Source: Nostoc sp. (lineage in GTDB: Bacteria > Cyanobacteriota > Cyanobacteriia > Cyanobacteriales > Nostocaceae). From it: DNA of 64,000 nucleotides. Of this stretch, positions 18,297 through 29,585 are shown piece by piece; positions within the stretch are counted from its first letter, which is position 1; the number at the start of each line of letters is the position of its first letter. The notes beneath the pieces were generated by a model. The model saw only the letters and a program-made list of their open reading frames with translations. It searched no databases and was not told where the DNA came from. Where the stretch lies: positions 128,001 to 192,000 of the forward strand of contig JBALDB010000015.1 of the NCBI GenBank assembly GCA_036918135.1, given 5' to 3'. The translations under genes were made by a program, and so were the position numbers.

Positions 18297-21200
18297 TCAC
18301 CTACCAGAACACAAAGCGCGATCGCTTTTCATTACCTTCTGGTTAGTCTGTAAATAATCATGCAGCAAATCACAACCCCGTAACAGTAATTTCTCTAGTT
18401 GGATATCTGCCAAATCCTGGAAAATTACTGTACCGTTGGCACTTCCCACAGCTAAAGTCTTACTATCAGGGCTGAAACTGATGCTAGTTAATTCATCTTT
18501 ATAACCTTTCAAAGCAATCAACAATATTCCATCACGGTTCCAAATCCTTACTTTGTCATCACTTGAAGCTGCTAGAGTCTTACCATCTGGACTAAAGCTG
18601 ACACTGATGAAACTATCGCCATCGTCATCAAGATTATTTACTAATTTACCGTCTCGATTCCAAATCTTCACTGTACTATCAGTACTAACTGAGGCGAAAA
18701 TTTGACTATCAGGTGACCAAGCTACCCCATTTACCCGACCGCTATGACCAATTAATGTGTGTAGTAATTTACCATCTTTAGTCCAGAGTTTCACTGTTTT
18801 GTCATCACTCGCTGAGGCTAGTAACTTGCCATCAGGGCTAAAACTTACCCAATTCACTGCATCTTGATGTCCCTGTAAGGTGTTTAACAGTATACCATTT
18901 TGACTCCAAAGCTTTACTGTTTTATCTTTACTAGCTGAGGCAATTACTTGACTATCAGGTGACCAAGCTACACCCAACACAGTATTATTATGACCCTCGA
19001 AGGTGTGGAGCAATTCACCACCCCGACTCCACAACTTGACTGTTTTATCTTTACTAGCTGAGGCAATTACTTTTCCATCGGGACTAAAACTAACTCCCCA
19101 AACTTGATTTTGATGCCCAGTGAAAGTACGCAGTAAGTTCCCCTCTCGATTGAAAAGTTTTACGGTTTTGTCTCGACTTGCTGCGGCTAAAATGTGTCCT
19201 CCAGGGCTAAAACTGATACTTGTTACCCAATCATTATTATCGGCTTTGGGTTTTCGCAGCAATACGTCATCCCAACGCCAGAGTTTAATGGTTTTGTCCC
19301 GACTTGCAGAAGCAAGGGTGCGACCGTCTGGGCTGAAACTAACGCTATTTACCCAATTATTATGTCCCTTGAGAGTACCAAGCAGCACACCTTCAGAACT
19401 CCAAAGTTTCAGCGTCTCGTCGGTGCTTGCAGAAGCAATTGTGTTACCATCGGGGCTAAAACTGACGCTGGTAACTCCAGCACTATGCCCTGATAAGGTT
19501 CTCAGTAAGTTACCTGCCAAATTCCACAATTTGATAGTCTGGTCTAAACTAGCGGAAGCAATTGTTTTACCATCGGGCGACCAAGCTATACCCAAGACTG
19601 CATCATTATGACCTGGAAAGGTTTTCAGCAACTTACCCTCCCGATTCCACAACTTAATGGTATTATCAGCACTCCCAGAAGCAATAGTTTGTCCATCAGG
19701 TGACCAAGCAACAGCCAAAACCGCACTAGTATGTCCCTCTATGGTTTTGAGTAATCTACCGTCCTGAGTCCAAAGTTTTATCGTCTTGTCTGTACTCGCC
19801 GAAGCAATCAGTTGACCATCGGGGCTGAAACTAACACTATTCACCACAGCTTGATGTCCTAATAAAGTGGCTAGTAGCTGACCTTCCCGACTCCATAGTT
19901 TCACTGTTTTATCTTGACTTGCGGAAGCAATAATTTGACTATTGGGGCTGAAACTGACACTATTGACCACATCATCATGTCCCGACAAGGTTTTGAATAA
20001 GCTACCATCAGGACGCCAAAGTTTGATTGTAGTGTCTGCACTGGCTGAAGCAATTAAAGAGCGATCGCGGCTAAATACAACACTATTTACCCCAGATATA
20101 TGTCCGTCGAAACGATTATATTCTCTAACCCCAGAAACCGCTTGATATAGAGCTGTCAGCACTTGCTCTTTTGTATTGGGATCTACCCAGATTGTTTGTT
20201 GTAATTTTTTTGCTGCCTTTAATCCTTCTTTTAAAGCATCAATACCTTTTTGGGAGGCAAATAAAGCTTCGCTAGATACACTTAGGGTTTTAATTTCGCT
20301 ATCTATTGCTGTGACAATGGAAACACTTAAACCGAATATCGCCAGCACAGAAGCAGTCAAGGCGATTTTCAGCGAGCGATTTAATTGAGCTTCACTGAGT
20401 CTTTGTTTTTTTTGGCTTTCTGCTAGTTTAGTTGTTAACTCTTTTTCTTTAAGTTCAGCTCGCAATTGCTCAATTTCTAACTGACTTATTTCTTCACGCT
20501 TTTGTAACTCTCGCAATTCTGTTAATAAATTCAATCCTTGTTGTGGATGAGTATCTATTAATTTGGTTGGCTGCTTTTTTTGGGTTAGTTCGCTTTTAAG
20601 TCGTTCTATTTCCGCTTGACTTTGTTCTACTTTTTGGCGTAGCTGATTGAGTTGTACTTGTAAGCTTGATTCCTGTTGTTGTAAGTAGCGAATTAAGTCT
20701 ACTAAATAATCATGAATTAGTTGATAGCGTTCTGGTACGTCGGGAAACAGCACCACTAACCCAGAGCGGACTAAAATATCTAAAACTAAGTCTAATTTAC
20801 TCGCATCTTCTAATTCTGCTAGCTGCGCGGTTAATTCAGCACGAGTCTTAAAAGGTCGGTTGTTGCTTTCATCTGTTAATAAATATAAAACGAGTAAAGC
20901 CGCTCGTTCATTTTCTGGCCCGCAGTCTTTTATGAGTTCTTTAATATATCGCTCAATTAGTTTGTTCGGTCTATACGGCTGATATTGTTCCAGAGTCGTA
21001 ATTCGCTCATCTTGAATTTGCGCTCCAACAACTTGCAATTCAATCGGGCGGACTTCTCCAAATTCTGTAGATAAATCTTCAATTAAGGCATCAATTAAGG
21101 CAGGCTCTAAGTGTAACTGAGAACGCTTTGTCAAATTTTTAATAATTGCTTTTGCATATTCTGGAGAAAAATTATTTAACTGATAGCGGATATTTTTATC

Positions 21201-23435
21201 CAGAATATTATTGTTAATCGCTTCCAAAGCTGAGAGATGTTTAAAGTCTAATAAACGATGTAAATAATCTTCTCGTAATGAAAGAATAACTTTGACAAAA
21301 GATATTTGGAGACAATCGCTAATAAATTTATCGAATGCTTGCTTTTGATTGCGATCGCTATAGCCAAAGAAAAATTCTTCAAACTGGTCAAAAATTAAAA
21401 CTGTAATCAAATGATGCTCGGCATTTTTTTGTAATTGTTGTAAAATATTCACGATGGTGCTAGGCGTGGCAAAGTCAGGTAAAACCTCCGCTTCAATGGC
21501 TGCCTCTACCTTGATTTCAGACATTGCCTCTGTTAAAGATTTACCTAATTCCCTTGCCCAATCTGTATAAACTTGCAGTACCACAGGTATAGCAATTTGG
21601 TCGCCAATAGCTCGATTTTGCAATGCTGGAACTAAACCCGCAGTTACCGTAGAACTCTTACCCACTCCTGACTGACCGTGAATTACCGTCAGCTTTTGGT
21701 CAGCGCGGCTAATTCTACCAATTAAATTATTAATATCTCGCTCTCGACCAGAAGCCGCAATTTCTAAAGCAACACTGCTACTCCCAGAAGGTGACATCAA
21801 TGCTGGGTTTGTCGCCTGTCTTTGGGGTTGCAAGCGTCCCGCACCGATAAAAGCTCGAAAACCATACTGCTGTTCAACAGAACGCCGCTTCTGCCGAATG
21901 TTATAAGCTTCCAAATATCGCCCTTCTTCAAAATAAAGCGATCGCAATGTCCGCAACAAGCGAATATAACGATGGGCATTATATTGATGGGCACTGCTTT
22001 CTAAAGCTTCTGGAAGTTCTTTTGCCGCCTTTTCTAAATATTCACGGGTGACTTCTGGTTCACCTAAATTACGCTGGGCTTTCGCTAATATTAAATAGAA
22101 AATTTGTGCTAATAGTAAGGGAAATAAGCAGTTATAAGGGTCATTCTGCTTTTGGGCTTCGGCTAATTTCAGCAGTGATACATGTGCTAAGATACTCGCT
22201 TGTACCCAGCGCGATTGCTGCACTGCTACTTGTGCGAGAAAACCGTAGTCACAAGCAAGTTGGATTTGACTGCCATAAATTTGATGCAACTCCAAAGACT
22301 TTTGAGCAACAATCTGCAATTCTTCCCAATCTTGGAGATTTTGCAAAACTTCAGCGAGTTGACCAATAAATTCAGCAACTATATTTAGACACCCAGCTTG
22401 CTGCAAAATATTCAGACATTGCTGATAATAAGATTTTGCTGCTAACCAATGACGGCGATTTTCTGCTTGGTTTTGCTCAGCTAAACGACAACAACATAGC
22501 CCAATATAAAACAGTAAAACTCCCTGTCGCAGAACCAAGGAGGATGGGGGAGATGGGGGGGATGGGGAAGAAAAGGGAGTTCTTAGCAGAGGGGAAATAG
22601 GTAATTTTTCATTTTCCCCCTTGCCCCCTTCCCCTTGCCCCCCTGCCTCTTCCCTCTCCCCCAACTTCTGCCAAACTTGTAAACTTTTTTGGAAATGATT
22701 TAAAGCTGGAATGATGCGATCGCTAACATAATTATCTAAACCAAAAACAAATTCTAAACTAGCGTGCAATTCTGGTTCTAAGGTAACACCACGATTTTGT
22801 AATTCTCTGATGCCGAAGTGGAGTTCATAGTTACGTTCCCAGACTTGCTCTAGAGTAGAATAATTTTCTGTAAACTGAGGTGCTTGGGGTTGTGCGGGAT
22901 TTGGCAATACTCTGGCAAACAAAGAATCAGTTTCTTGTTGGAGAAATTCCAGCAATGACCTAGTTGTCATTTCAAATTGAATCGGTGTCGCCGCCCAACT
23001 CGCAAAATCTGGTGCTAAACGTACCACTTTTTGCAATACTTCATTATTCACCCAGACAATTATCGGAAATGGATGGCGTTTGCGAAATTCATCACGAATA
23101 TGATTAATAGACCTTAAGAAATCATCAAGTCCATCTACTAACTCTAAACCTAAAATCATCAACGCTGATGGCGGTTGACGCTCGGTAACTAATTGTAGAT
23201 GAATAGTTGTGTAAAGACTTCTCGCATTGTGGGGTAAAACTACTTTTTGAATCTGGTATAATCCATCAGAAAGTTCTTCGAGTTGGTGCAACATTTGCTC
23301 TTGCAAAACTCGATAATTGCAGCAAACTAAAACTAGGGAAAATTGACCGTTAGAAAGTGCGATCGCTCTCCCTAAATTCCGCAATGCCCGCTGGTTATTT
23401 GCTCTTATATCTGCTTGTGGGTGTCCTTCAACCAT
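18297..23435 (-). CDS. Large STAND (nSTAND1-like) NTPase with helical/TPR-like region, coiled coil and 14 WD40 repeats
   Basis: Walker A GQSGVGKSS, Walker B LIFDQFEEFF, LSLREDY, LIHDYLV; 14 WD-like repeats counted. Confidence 0.88.
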   Translation of the reverse strand: MVEGHPQADIRANNQRALRNLGRAIALSNGQFSLVLVCCNYRVLQEQMLHQLEELSDGLYQIQKVVLPHNARSLYTTIHLQLVTERQPPSALMILGLELVDGLDDFLRSINHIRDEFRKRHPFPIIVWVNNEVLQKVVRLAPDFASWAATPIQFEMTTRSLLEFLQQETDSLFARVLPNPAQPQAPQFTENYSTLEQVWERNYELHFGIRELQNRGVTLEPELHASLEFVFGLDNYVSDRIIPALNHFQKSLQVWQKLGEREEAGGQGEGGKGENEKLPISPLLRTPFSSPSPPSPPSSLVLRQGVLLFYIGLCCCRLAEQNQAENRRHWLAAKSYYQQCLNILQQAGCLNIVAEFIGQLAEVLQNLQDWEELQIVAQKSLELHQIYGSQIQLACDYGFLAQVAVQQSRWVQASILAHVSLLKLAEAQKQNDPYNCLFPLLLAQIFYLILAKAQRNLGEPEVTREYLEKAAKELPEALESSAHQYNAHRYIRLLRTLRSLYFEEGRYLEAYNIRQKRRSVEQQYGFRAFIGAGRLQPQRQATNPALMSPSGSSSVALEIAASGRERDINNLIGRISRADQKLTVIHGQSGVGKSSTVTAGLVPALQNRAIGDQIAIPVVLQVYTDWARELGKSLTEAMSEIKVEAAIEAEVLPDFATPSTIVNILQQLQKNAEHHLITVLIFDQFEEFFFGYSDRNQKQAFDKFISDCLQISFVKVILSLREDYLHRLLDFKHLSALEAINNNILDKNIRYQLNNFSPEYAKAIIKNLTKRSQLHLEPALIDALIEDLSTEFGEVRPIELQVVGAQIQDERITTLEQYQPYRPNKLIERYIKELIKDCGPENERAALLVLYLLTDESNNRPFKTRAELTAQLAELEDASKLDLVLDILVRSGLVVLFPDVPERYQLIHDYLVDLIRYLQQQESSLQVQLNQLRQKVEQSQAEIERLKSELTQKKQPTKLIDTHPQQGLNLLTELRELQKREEISQLEIEQLRAELKEKELTTKLAESQKKQRLSEAQLNRSLKIALTASVLAIFGLSVSIVTAIDSEIKTLSVSSEALFASQKGIDALKEGLKAAKKLQQTIWVDPNTKEQVLTALYQAVSGVREYNRFDGHISGVNSVVFSRDRSLIASASADTTIKLWRPDGSLFKTLSGHDDVVNSVSFSPNSQIIASASQDKTVKLWSREGQLLATLLGHQAVVNSVSFSPDGQLIASASTDKTIKLWTQDGRLLKTIEGHTSAVLAVAWSPDGQTIASGSADNTIKLWNREGKLLKTFPGHNDAVLGIAWSPDGKTIASASLDQTIKLWNLAGNLLRTLSGHSAGVTSVSFSPDGNTIASASTDETLKLWSSEGVLLGTLKGHNNWVNSVSFSPDGRTLASASRDKTIKLWRWDDVLLRKPKADNNDWVTSISFSPGGHILAAASRDKTVKLFNREGNLLRTFTGHQNQVWGVSFSPDGKVIASASKDKTVKLWSRGGELLHTFEGHNNTVLGVAWSPDSQVIASASKDKTVKLWSQNGILLNTLQGHQDAVNWVSFSPDGKLLASASDDKTVKLWTKDGKLLHTLIGHSGRVNGVAWSPDSQIFASVSTDSTVKIWNRDGKLVNNLDDDGDSFISVSFSPDGKTLAASSDDKVRIWNRDGILLIALKGYKDELTSISFSPDSKTLAVGSANGTVIFQDLADIQLEKLLLRGCDLLHDYLQTNQKVMKSDRALCSGR

Positions 23436-24742
23436 GATTTAAATCTCTGCGTTTCTGCTAAAACTGGGTTGACGGCAAACCAAGCCCCCTCGCGATCGCG
23501 GTACTCAAATATAAATAGACTCCGCAATAATGTGTGATATTCAATATCACCTCTGACTCTCTGCTGTTGCACCACTTGAAAAATCAGTTCCCACTCTTGT
23601 GGGTCAATAGCATTGCCTCGGTAATCGCGCTGTCTTTGAATCACCAATTCGACACACTCCCGCTCGAAGGGTGGATCTTGTTCCCGCAAACAATCAAACA
23701 ACAACCCTAGCAAGTCGCGTACATGACCACCACTAATCAGACACAACCGATCTAAGGTTTCTAAATTATCAAACACTTCTGTAATTAAGCTTAACCGATC
23801 GCTAGGCAAAATATCCGGAAAAGCCCTTGCTAGCACCATTTGCCGCATCAATGCTAGCCCTTGGGGGAAAATCTCTCCAGAGCGCAAACGTACGGGTATC
23901 ATCGGTAGCACTTTTGGCGCTACTCCTCCGCCCAAACGATGCTGAAGTTCGGCGCTATCGTTAGAAAAAGTCAAAGCTAGGGGAATAGTATAAACAACAT
24001 GACAATTTAGTTTGCGTAACTGTTCGCCCCGCTGAATAAACAAGTATTCTGGTAGCGATCGCCCCGATGGTAAAGGTCGAATTGCTACTCTATCCAAATT
24101 ATCAACAATTACTACTAGTCCCCTTTTACCCTTGGCTTTGAGTTCTTTATTGGCACGTTCTAATAGTTCTTGATTAATTGACTGTAAAATATTCGCCGTT
24201 CGCGGTTCTAGATAGTCCCTTAACCGCCGCCGCAATTGGGGGCTTTCTTTAGTTTTAGCTGTAATTTTGCCGATTCCCACAGATAATTCGGCTTCAACTC
24301 CGAGTTCAATTGGTGTTTGCAAAAAATCGACAATTTCGCCAAACAACTTAGTAAAATAGCGAGGCTTGAGCCTGATTTTCATTGCTTCCAGGCTTTCACT
24401 TACCTGACCTGCGATCGCCAATAAAACATCAGTCACATCCACATCTGCCATTTCTAAGACGTGGGTAGACTCAAAATAAACCACATGAAATTGCTGCACT
24501 TCTAACTCAGCTTTGAGCCGTAACAATTCCGTTGATTTTCCACAGCCGAGATGTCCGGTAAATAGCTGACAAGTTGGTATATCTGGCGAGATGCGAGTAA
24601 TAGTGCGCTGTAAAGCCTCAATGATTTTGCCACCCCGCACCGCCGCAAAATCGATATAATATCGGCGATCGCTTGCATCTCCTATCATTAAAGGTCTACT
24701 TGGATTGCAAGCCTGATAAAATCTTTCTAAATCTAGGAGCAT
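23405..24742 (-). CDS. P-loop ATPase (AAA+/STAND-like)
   Basis: Walker A GHLGCGKST, Walker B VIVDNLD, SGGHVRD; overlaps the downstream gene by 31 bp. Confidence 0.88.
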   Translation of the reverse strand: MLLDLERFYQACNPSRPLMIGDASDRRYYIDFAAVRGGKIIEALQRTITRISPDIPTCQLFTGHLGCGKSTELLRLKAELEVQQFHVVYFESTHVLEMADVDVTDVLLAIAGQVSESLEAMKIRLKPRYFTKLFGEIVDFLQTPIELGVEAELSVGIGKITAKTKESPQLRRRLRDYLEPRTANILQSINQELLERANKELKAKGKRGLVVIVDNLDRVAIRPLPSGRSLPEYLFIQRGEQLRKLNCHVVYTIPLALTFSNDSAELQHRLGGGVAPKVLPMIPVRLRSGEIFPQGLALMRQMVLARAFPDILPSDRLSLITEVFDNLETLDRLCLISGGHVRDLLGLLFDCLREQDPPFERECVELVIQRQRDYRGNAIDPQEWELIFQVVQQQRVRGDIEYHTLLRSLFIFEYRDREGAWFAVNPVLAETQRFKSWLKDTHKQI

Positions 24743-25314
24743 AATTAATCGAGTTCATTTAAGAATAGGGATGATAAAATTTATTTTTAGGAATTTCTCT
24801 GTTAATTTAAGTATATTTGGCTAAAATTAATAACTAAATAAAGTGCATTCAGATTGATTTTTCATATTTACGTTTTATATAGCACACTACAAAGCTAGCA
24901 TTTGATTTTATTTAAGTAGAAATACTGCTATAAGTACAAATAGCAGAAATCTCAAATATAAAATAAGGTACTCTTATGAATATTAAAAATATCTCAGACA
25001 AAAAAAGGTACCGTTAAGTACAATCTGTATGTTGGCTGATTTTGAAATCACAAGAGTCGTCCTAAGTTGACTATTACAAAGAAAGGCAGGAGTTAGGAGT
25101 TAGGAGGCAGGAGGGAATAAGTATCAATTAAAACAAGAGTTGCTGGGTTTAAAGCTCAGGTTAGACTGATAATTATACTGAAACTATTTGCAGCGAAGTA
25201 TAAAACGTCATTGTTTCAATCCCACGTTTTTAAGCGTGGGTTCCTTCTGCCTTCTGAAAGATCCCTTCCTGGTTCTAAAATGAAATCGCACTTCATTGCT
25301 GACAAAACTAGCTT

Positions 25315-26130
25315 ATGCAAGACTCTAGACAAGAAATAAATGCCAGGGCTTCTATGGATTTAGAACAGCGAAGGACTTGGTATTCACCCGTTGCTGATGT
25401 TTATTACAATGCAAGAGCGCCCTATCCGAAGGAACTAATCGATCGGTCTGTCGCTTTAGCCCAACTTGACTCAGATGCATCGATTCTTGAGGTTGGTTGT
25501 GGCCCGGGAAATGCGACAGTGGCTTTTGCTCAATTTGGTTTTTCAATGACGTGTATTGAGCCAAATCAAGATTTTTGTCAATTCGCACAACAGAACTGCG
25601 ATCGATATCCAAAAGTTACAATTTGCAATACTTCATTTGAGGAGTGGGAATTAGAAGCAAAAAAGTTCAATGCCGTTCTATCTGCCAATGCCTTTCACTG
25701 GATACCGTCAGAGATTAGATATACCAAGGCAGCGTCGGCAATGTACGATAACGGTTTTCTGATCCTGCTATGGAATCTGATGCCAGAACCGAGATACGAA
25801 GTTTACCAAGCGCTTGAGGAAGTGTATCAAGCTTATGCGCCCTCCTTTGTTCGATATGAAGGTGCCCAGATTCAAGCGGAGATTTTGAGGGGGTTTGAAC
25901 AAGAGATTTTAGACTCTAATTGTTTTAAAGAGTTGGTTGTCGAGCAAACTGCCTGTGAAGTCACCTATAGCATTGATAACTACCTCAAGCTTTTGAGTAC
26001 CTCTCGGAGACTAGAGCCACAAGCTAAAGAGTTACTATTTGCAGGATTGCGCCAGAAGCTAGAAAAATTTGGAGATAGCGTACAACTCTCGTTTCTTTCT
26101 GCTGTTCATATTGCCCGCAAAGACAGCTAA
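25315..26130 (+). CDS. Class I SAM-dependent methyltransferase
   Basis: ILEVGCGPG and SANAFHWI motifs. Confidence 0.88.
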   Translation: MQDSRQEINARASMDLEQRRTWYSPVADVYYNARAPYPKELIDRSVALAQLDSDASILEVGCGPGNATVAFAQFGFSMTCIEPNQDFCQFAQQNCDRYPKVTICNTSFEEWELEAKKFNAVLSANAFHWIPSEIRYTKAASAMYDNGFLILLWNLMPEPRYEVYQALEEVYQAYAPSFVRYEGAQIQAEILRGFEQEILDSNCFKELVVEQTACEVTYSIDNYLKLLSTSRRLEPQAKELLFAGLRQKLEKFGDSVQLSFLSAVHIARKDS

Positions 26131-26240
26131 ATTCAAGAATTAACTCGTCTTTTAGCAAGAGAAGATTTATTATCGCAGTTTCATAATTGTCAGACATCGC
26201 CTAACTGAGCGGGTAACGACTTCTGAAAACCCGAATTAAT

Positions 26241-27101
26241 CTACAAACCCATTGCATATAGAATTAGGCGATCGTGGAGCCTATCGGGCAAAATATGTTT
26301 CAGCACAGCTTGGATTTTGGCATCTTGTCCAATAAGATAACGTGTCTTTGGCTGCTTTGCAGTCAGCGCATGGATAACAGCTTGAGCGACAATATCCGCA
26401 GAAATTCCTCTAGATGCAATAATCTGCATTTTCTGACGTACAATATTCATCGCCTGACCGTAAAGATTTAGTGCTGATTGTGGTAAATTTTCTTGTCCGA
26501 TTTCAGCTTGAGTTAGAGATTTATTCCAAATTGGCGTAGCGATAGAACTAGGTTCAATAATCGAAACTGAGATTCCCCACGGTCGTAACTCCATACGCAT
26601 CACATCAGTGAGTGCTACCAAAGCAAATTTTGACGCATTGTAAGCGCCCAAAAACGGAATAGGACTTCTACCAGCAATGGAACCCATATTCACAATTCGA
26701 CCCCGACCTTGGCGTAATAAACCAAGAAATGCTTGTGTTACTGCTAATTGTCCGGTGACATTAACATTCATCTGGTGTTGAAATTCGGCGATCGGTAATA
26801 ATTCTAAAGGGCCTGGGACAGCAATTCCAGCATTATTCACTAAACCCAAAATCCCAACATCACGGACTGTATTCGTTACCTGCTCGACTACAGAGGCGAT
26901 CGATTCAGCATCAGTAATATCTAAAAAAACCGGAATTAGCTTTGGTGAAGCTTTTTCTTGGAGTGTTTGAGCATCAACATCTTGACGCACACCAGCAAAA
27001 ACAGAGAATCCCAACCGATCTAAAAGCAAAGCACACGCCTGACCAATTCCTGTTGACGCTCCTGTAATCACGACTGTACCTTGATAATTTCTTATAACCA
27101 T
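26241..27101 (-). CDS. SDR family NAD(P)-dependent oxidoreductase
   Basis: TGASTGIG, VNNAG and YNASK motifs. Confidence 0.92.
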   Translation of the reverse strand: MVIRNYQGTVVITGASTGIGQACALLLDRLGFSVFAGVRQDVDAQTLQEKASPKLIPVFLDITDAESIASVVEQVTNTVRDVGILGLVNNAGIAVPGPLELLPIAEFQHQMNVNVTGQLAVTQAFLGLLRQGRGRIVNMGSIAGRSPIPFLGAYNASKFALVALTDVMRMELRPWGISVSIIEPSSIATPIWNKSLTQAEIGQENLPQSALNLYGQAMNIVRQKMQIIASRGISADIVAQAVIHALTAKQPKTRYLIGQDAKIQAVLKHILPDRLHDRLILYAMGL

Positions 27102-27290
27102 TAGTTTTTTTGATGATGAAACTACTGTAATATTTCTCTGCGTGTCCTACTTACGAACTAAGCTAACGCACCTAAATGTTGCATTTTTTCTGTCAAGACC
27201 GTCATTAGTCATTAGTAAAAAACAAATGACTAATGATAAATGACAATCTTATGAGTTAATGTGCAACTATAAATACGTAATACTTTAGTA

Positions 27291-27518
27291 TCAATCCTTG
27301 CAGATACCAGAGCGAAGACAATCTTCGGTTTGGTCATCTCTAGCCCATATTTGCCAAGGTAATATACTTGAGGAGGCATTTGTACTCTCAACCATGAGAG
27401 CAGCTATATTAGGAAGCTGGTTTTTGACAATTGATACATTACTACAAACATTTCCTAGCTCAGCATTAAATAAATAAACAGGCAATGCCATTAGGACAAT
27501 GCAAATCGTCCGGTTCAT
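27291..27518 (-). CDS. Small hypothetical protein, possibly secreted
   Basis: ATG after a GAGG RBS; hydrophobic N-terminus; no recognised family. Confidence 0.5.
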   Translation of the reverse strand: MNRTICIVLMALPVYLFNAELGNVCSNVSIVKNQLPNIAALMVESTNASSSILPWQIWARDDQTEDCLRSGICKD

Positions 27519-27921
27519 ACAACCTCAGCTAAAAATTTCCGATTACGCTACACTTAGATGCCACCTTGATGAACCGGAGTTAAAAAACTGAGCATTGTAT
27601 ATTGAAGTTGTGTTAATTTACTCAGTCCTACTAGCCGCAGAGACGTGATTTATAAATCTTCGGTTCCACCCTTTTTTAGGTTAGGCATTGCCTACAAGAT
27701 GGCTTCCTACTAACTTATGCAGATGCAACCCTAGAAAACAGGACAAAAAACTCATAGTACTCAAAAACATATCTTGGTGGCTACATTCGCCAGATAAAAT
27801 AGTGAAGAGTGCTGAGTAAAGAGTGGGGCAGATGAGGGAGCAAGGGGAAAATAACTTCTAACTCCTAACTCAGCACTCCTAACTCAGTACTCAGTGACAA
27901 ATTTTGCCTACTAACTGACTC

Positions 27922-28716
27922 ATGACGCCTTCACAAGACGTAGATACTATAACTGCTCCTGATATCGACCCAGAAGCAGATAGTAACTCCCAAACAGATC
28001 CTTTAGATGAGTTGCCGGGTGAAGTCGAAATGTCCCTTTTCGACCACTTAGAAGAGTTGCGACTGCGAATTTTTTATTCGCTGATTGCCGTAGCAATAGC
28101 CATTATCGGCTGTTTCTTTGCCGTTAAGCCGCTTGTCCAACTACTTGAAGTTCCAGCACAAGGAGTAAAATTTCTTCAACTTGCACCTGGAGAATATTTC
28201 TTTGTCTCCCTGAAAGTCGCAGCTTACACAGGCTTAGTACTTTCTAGTCCTTTTATTCTTTATCAAATTATCCAGTTTGTGCTTCCTGGACTAACCCGCC
28301 GCGAACGCCGCATATTAGGCCCTGTGGTTTTAGGTTCAAGTGTTTTATTTGCAGCAGGTTTAGTATTTGCCTATCTACTCCTTATTCCCGCAGCTTTGAA
28401 ATTTTTCATCAGCTATGGAGCAGATGTAGTCGAACAACTTTGGTCAATTGACAAATATTTTGAATTTGTGCTGCTACTGTTATTTAGCACTGGCATAGCA
28501 TTTCAAATTCCGATTATTCAACTGTTACTTGGTAACTTGAATATTGTCTCGTCTGAAAAGATGGTTTCTGGTTGGCGTTACGTGATTATGGGAGCAGTGG
28601 TTTTAGGAGCTATTCTCACACCTTCTACTGACCCTCTCACCCAAAGTCTTTTAGCTGGTGCAGTCCTGGGACTTTACTTTGGCGGAATTGGTTTGGTGAA
28701 GCTCACAGGAAAATGA
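27922..28716 (+). CDS. tatC: Twin-arginine translocase subunit TatC
   Basis: [23 protein letters not shown] and TPSTDP motifs. Confidence 0.95.
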   Translation: MTPSQDVDTITAPDIDPEADSNSQTDPLDELPGEVEMSLFDHLEELRLRIFYSLIAVAIAIIGCFFAVKPLVQLLEVPAQGVKFLQLAPGEYFFVSLKVAAYTGLVLSSPFILYQIIQFVLPGLTRRERRILGPVVLGSSVLFAAGLVFAYLLLIPAALKFFISYGADVVEQLWSIDKYFEFVLLLLFSTGIAFQIPIIQLLLGNLNIVSSEKMVSGWRYVIMGAVVLGAILTPSTDPLTQSLLAGAVLGLYFGGIGLVKLTGK

Positions 28717-28862
28717 CGATCGCTTCTTCAACAAAAAATTAAAAAATTAAAATGTCAACTCACCGAAATTGAGATTTTCAATTATAGATTTCGGTGAAGC
28801 AGTGTGGTCTTGATAATTTCCATGCTAGTTGCTACTAAAATCTAAAATTGTTTGACCAAGAA

Positions 28863-29198
28863 ATGACACAAGTTAGCTTTGAGGATTTTGAAAAAGTCGA
28901 GATTCACGTTGGTAAAATTATCAAAGTTGAAGAATTTCCGAAAGCTAAGAAATCAGCTTATAAACTATGGATAGATTTTGGTAATTTAGGTATCAAAAAA
29001 TCTAGTGCCCAAATTACAAAGCTTTATCAGCCAACAGAATTAATCAATAGATTAATATTAGCTGTTACTAACTTTCCACCCCGTCAAATTGCTGATTTCA
29101 TTTCAGAAGTTTTAGTCTTGGGAGTGGTTGTAGATGATGGAGAGGTTGTATTAATTCAGCCAGATAGAGATGTATCCGTTGGTAAAAGAATTAAGTAG
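28863..29198 (+). CDS. csaA: tRNA-binding / CsaA-like protein
   Basis: FEDFEKVEIHVGKI, KKSSAQIT, NFPPRQI and SEVLVLG motifs. Confidence 0.85.
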   Translation: MTQVSFEDFEKVEIHVGKIIKVEEFPKAKKSAYKLWIDFGNLGIKKSSAQITKLYQPTELINRLILAVTNFPPRQIADFISEVLVLGVVVDDGEVVLIQPDRDVSVGKRIK

Positions 29199-29276
29199 CA
29201 CATTTTAGTAAATAAAATTTTTTATCTTAAAAAACGTAATAAATGGTAAATTTATTAATCTTCTGGTAATAACAGG

Positions 29277-29585
29277 TTATAAAATCCATTCTGAAGCGCG
29301 TTCCCCCAAATCTAGAGGAATGCTGACAGCTTTGCCGAGTCGGGGGCGATCGCGTGTTTGGGTGATAAATGCTTGCACTTGTGTTGTTCCACCCAAGGCA
29401 TGAAGATAATTAGCGATACTATCAAGATGCTCTTGGTATTCTGCCTCAGTTAAGGGAAAAGAAGCTTGCTCCAAATATTTCCACATCACTTGCAAAAATA
29501 TCTTTCCCTGTGCCCGCCGGAACTGGACATCATAAGAGTATCCCCACTTCTCAACTAACAGTTGACGTAATTCCTGTCCTGTCAT
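29277..29585 (-). CDS. DUF3067 family protein
   Basis: KWGYSYDVQ, LQVMWKYLEQASFP and RPRLGKAVSI motifs; divergent from petC. Confidence 0.85.
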   Translation of the reverse strand: MTGQELRQLLVEKWGYSYDVQFRRAQGKIFLQVMWKYLEQASFPLTEAEYQEHLDSIANYLHALGGTTQVQAFITQTRDRPRLGKAVSIPLDLGERASEWIL

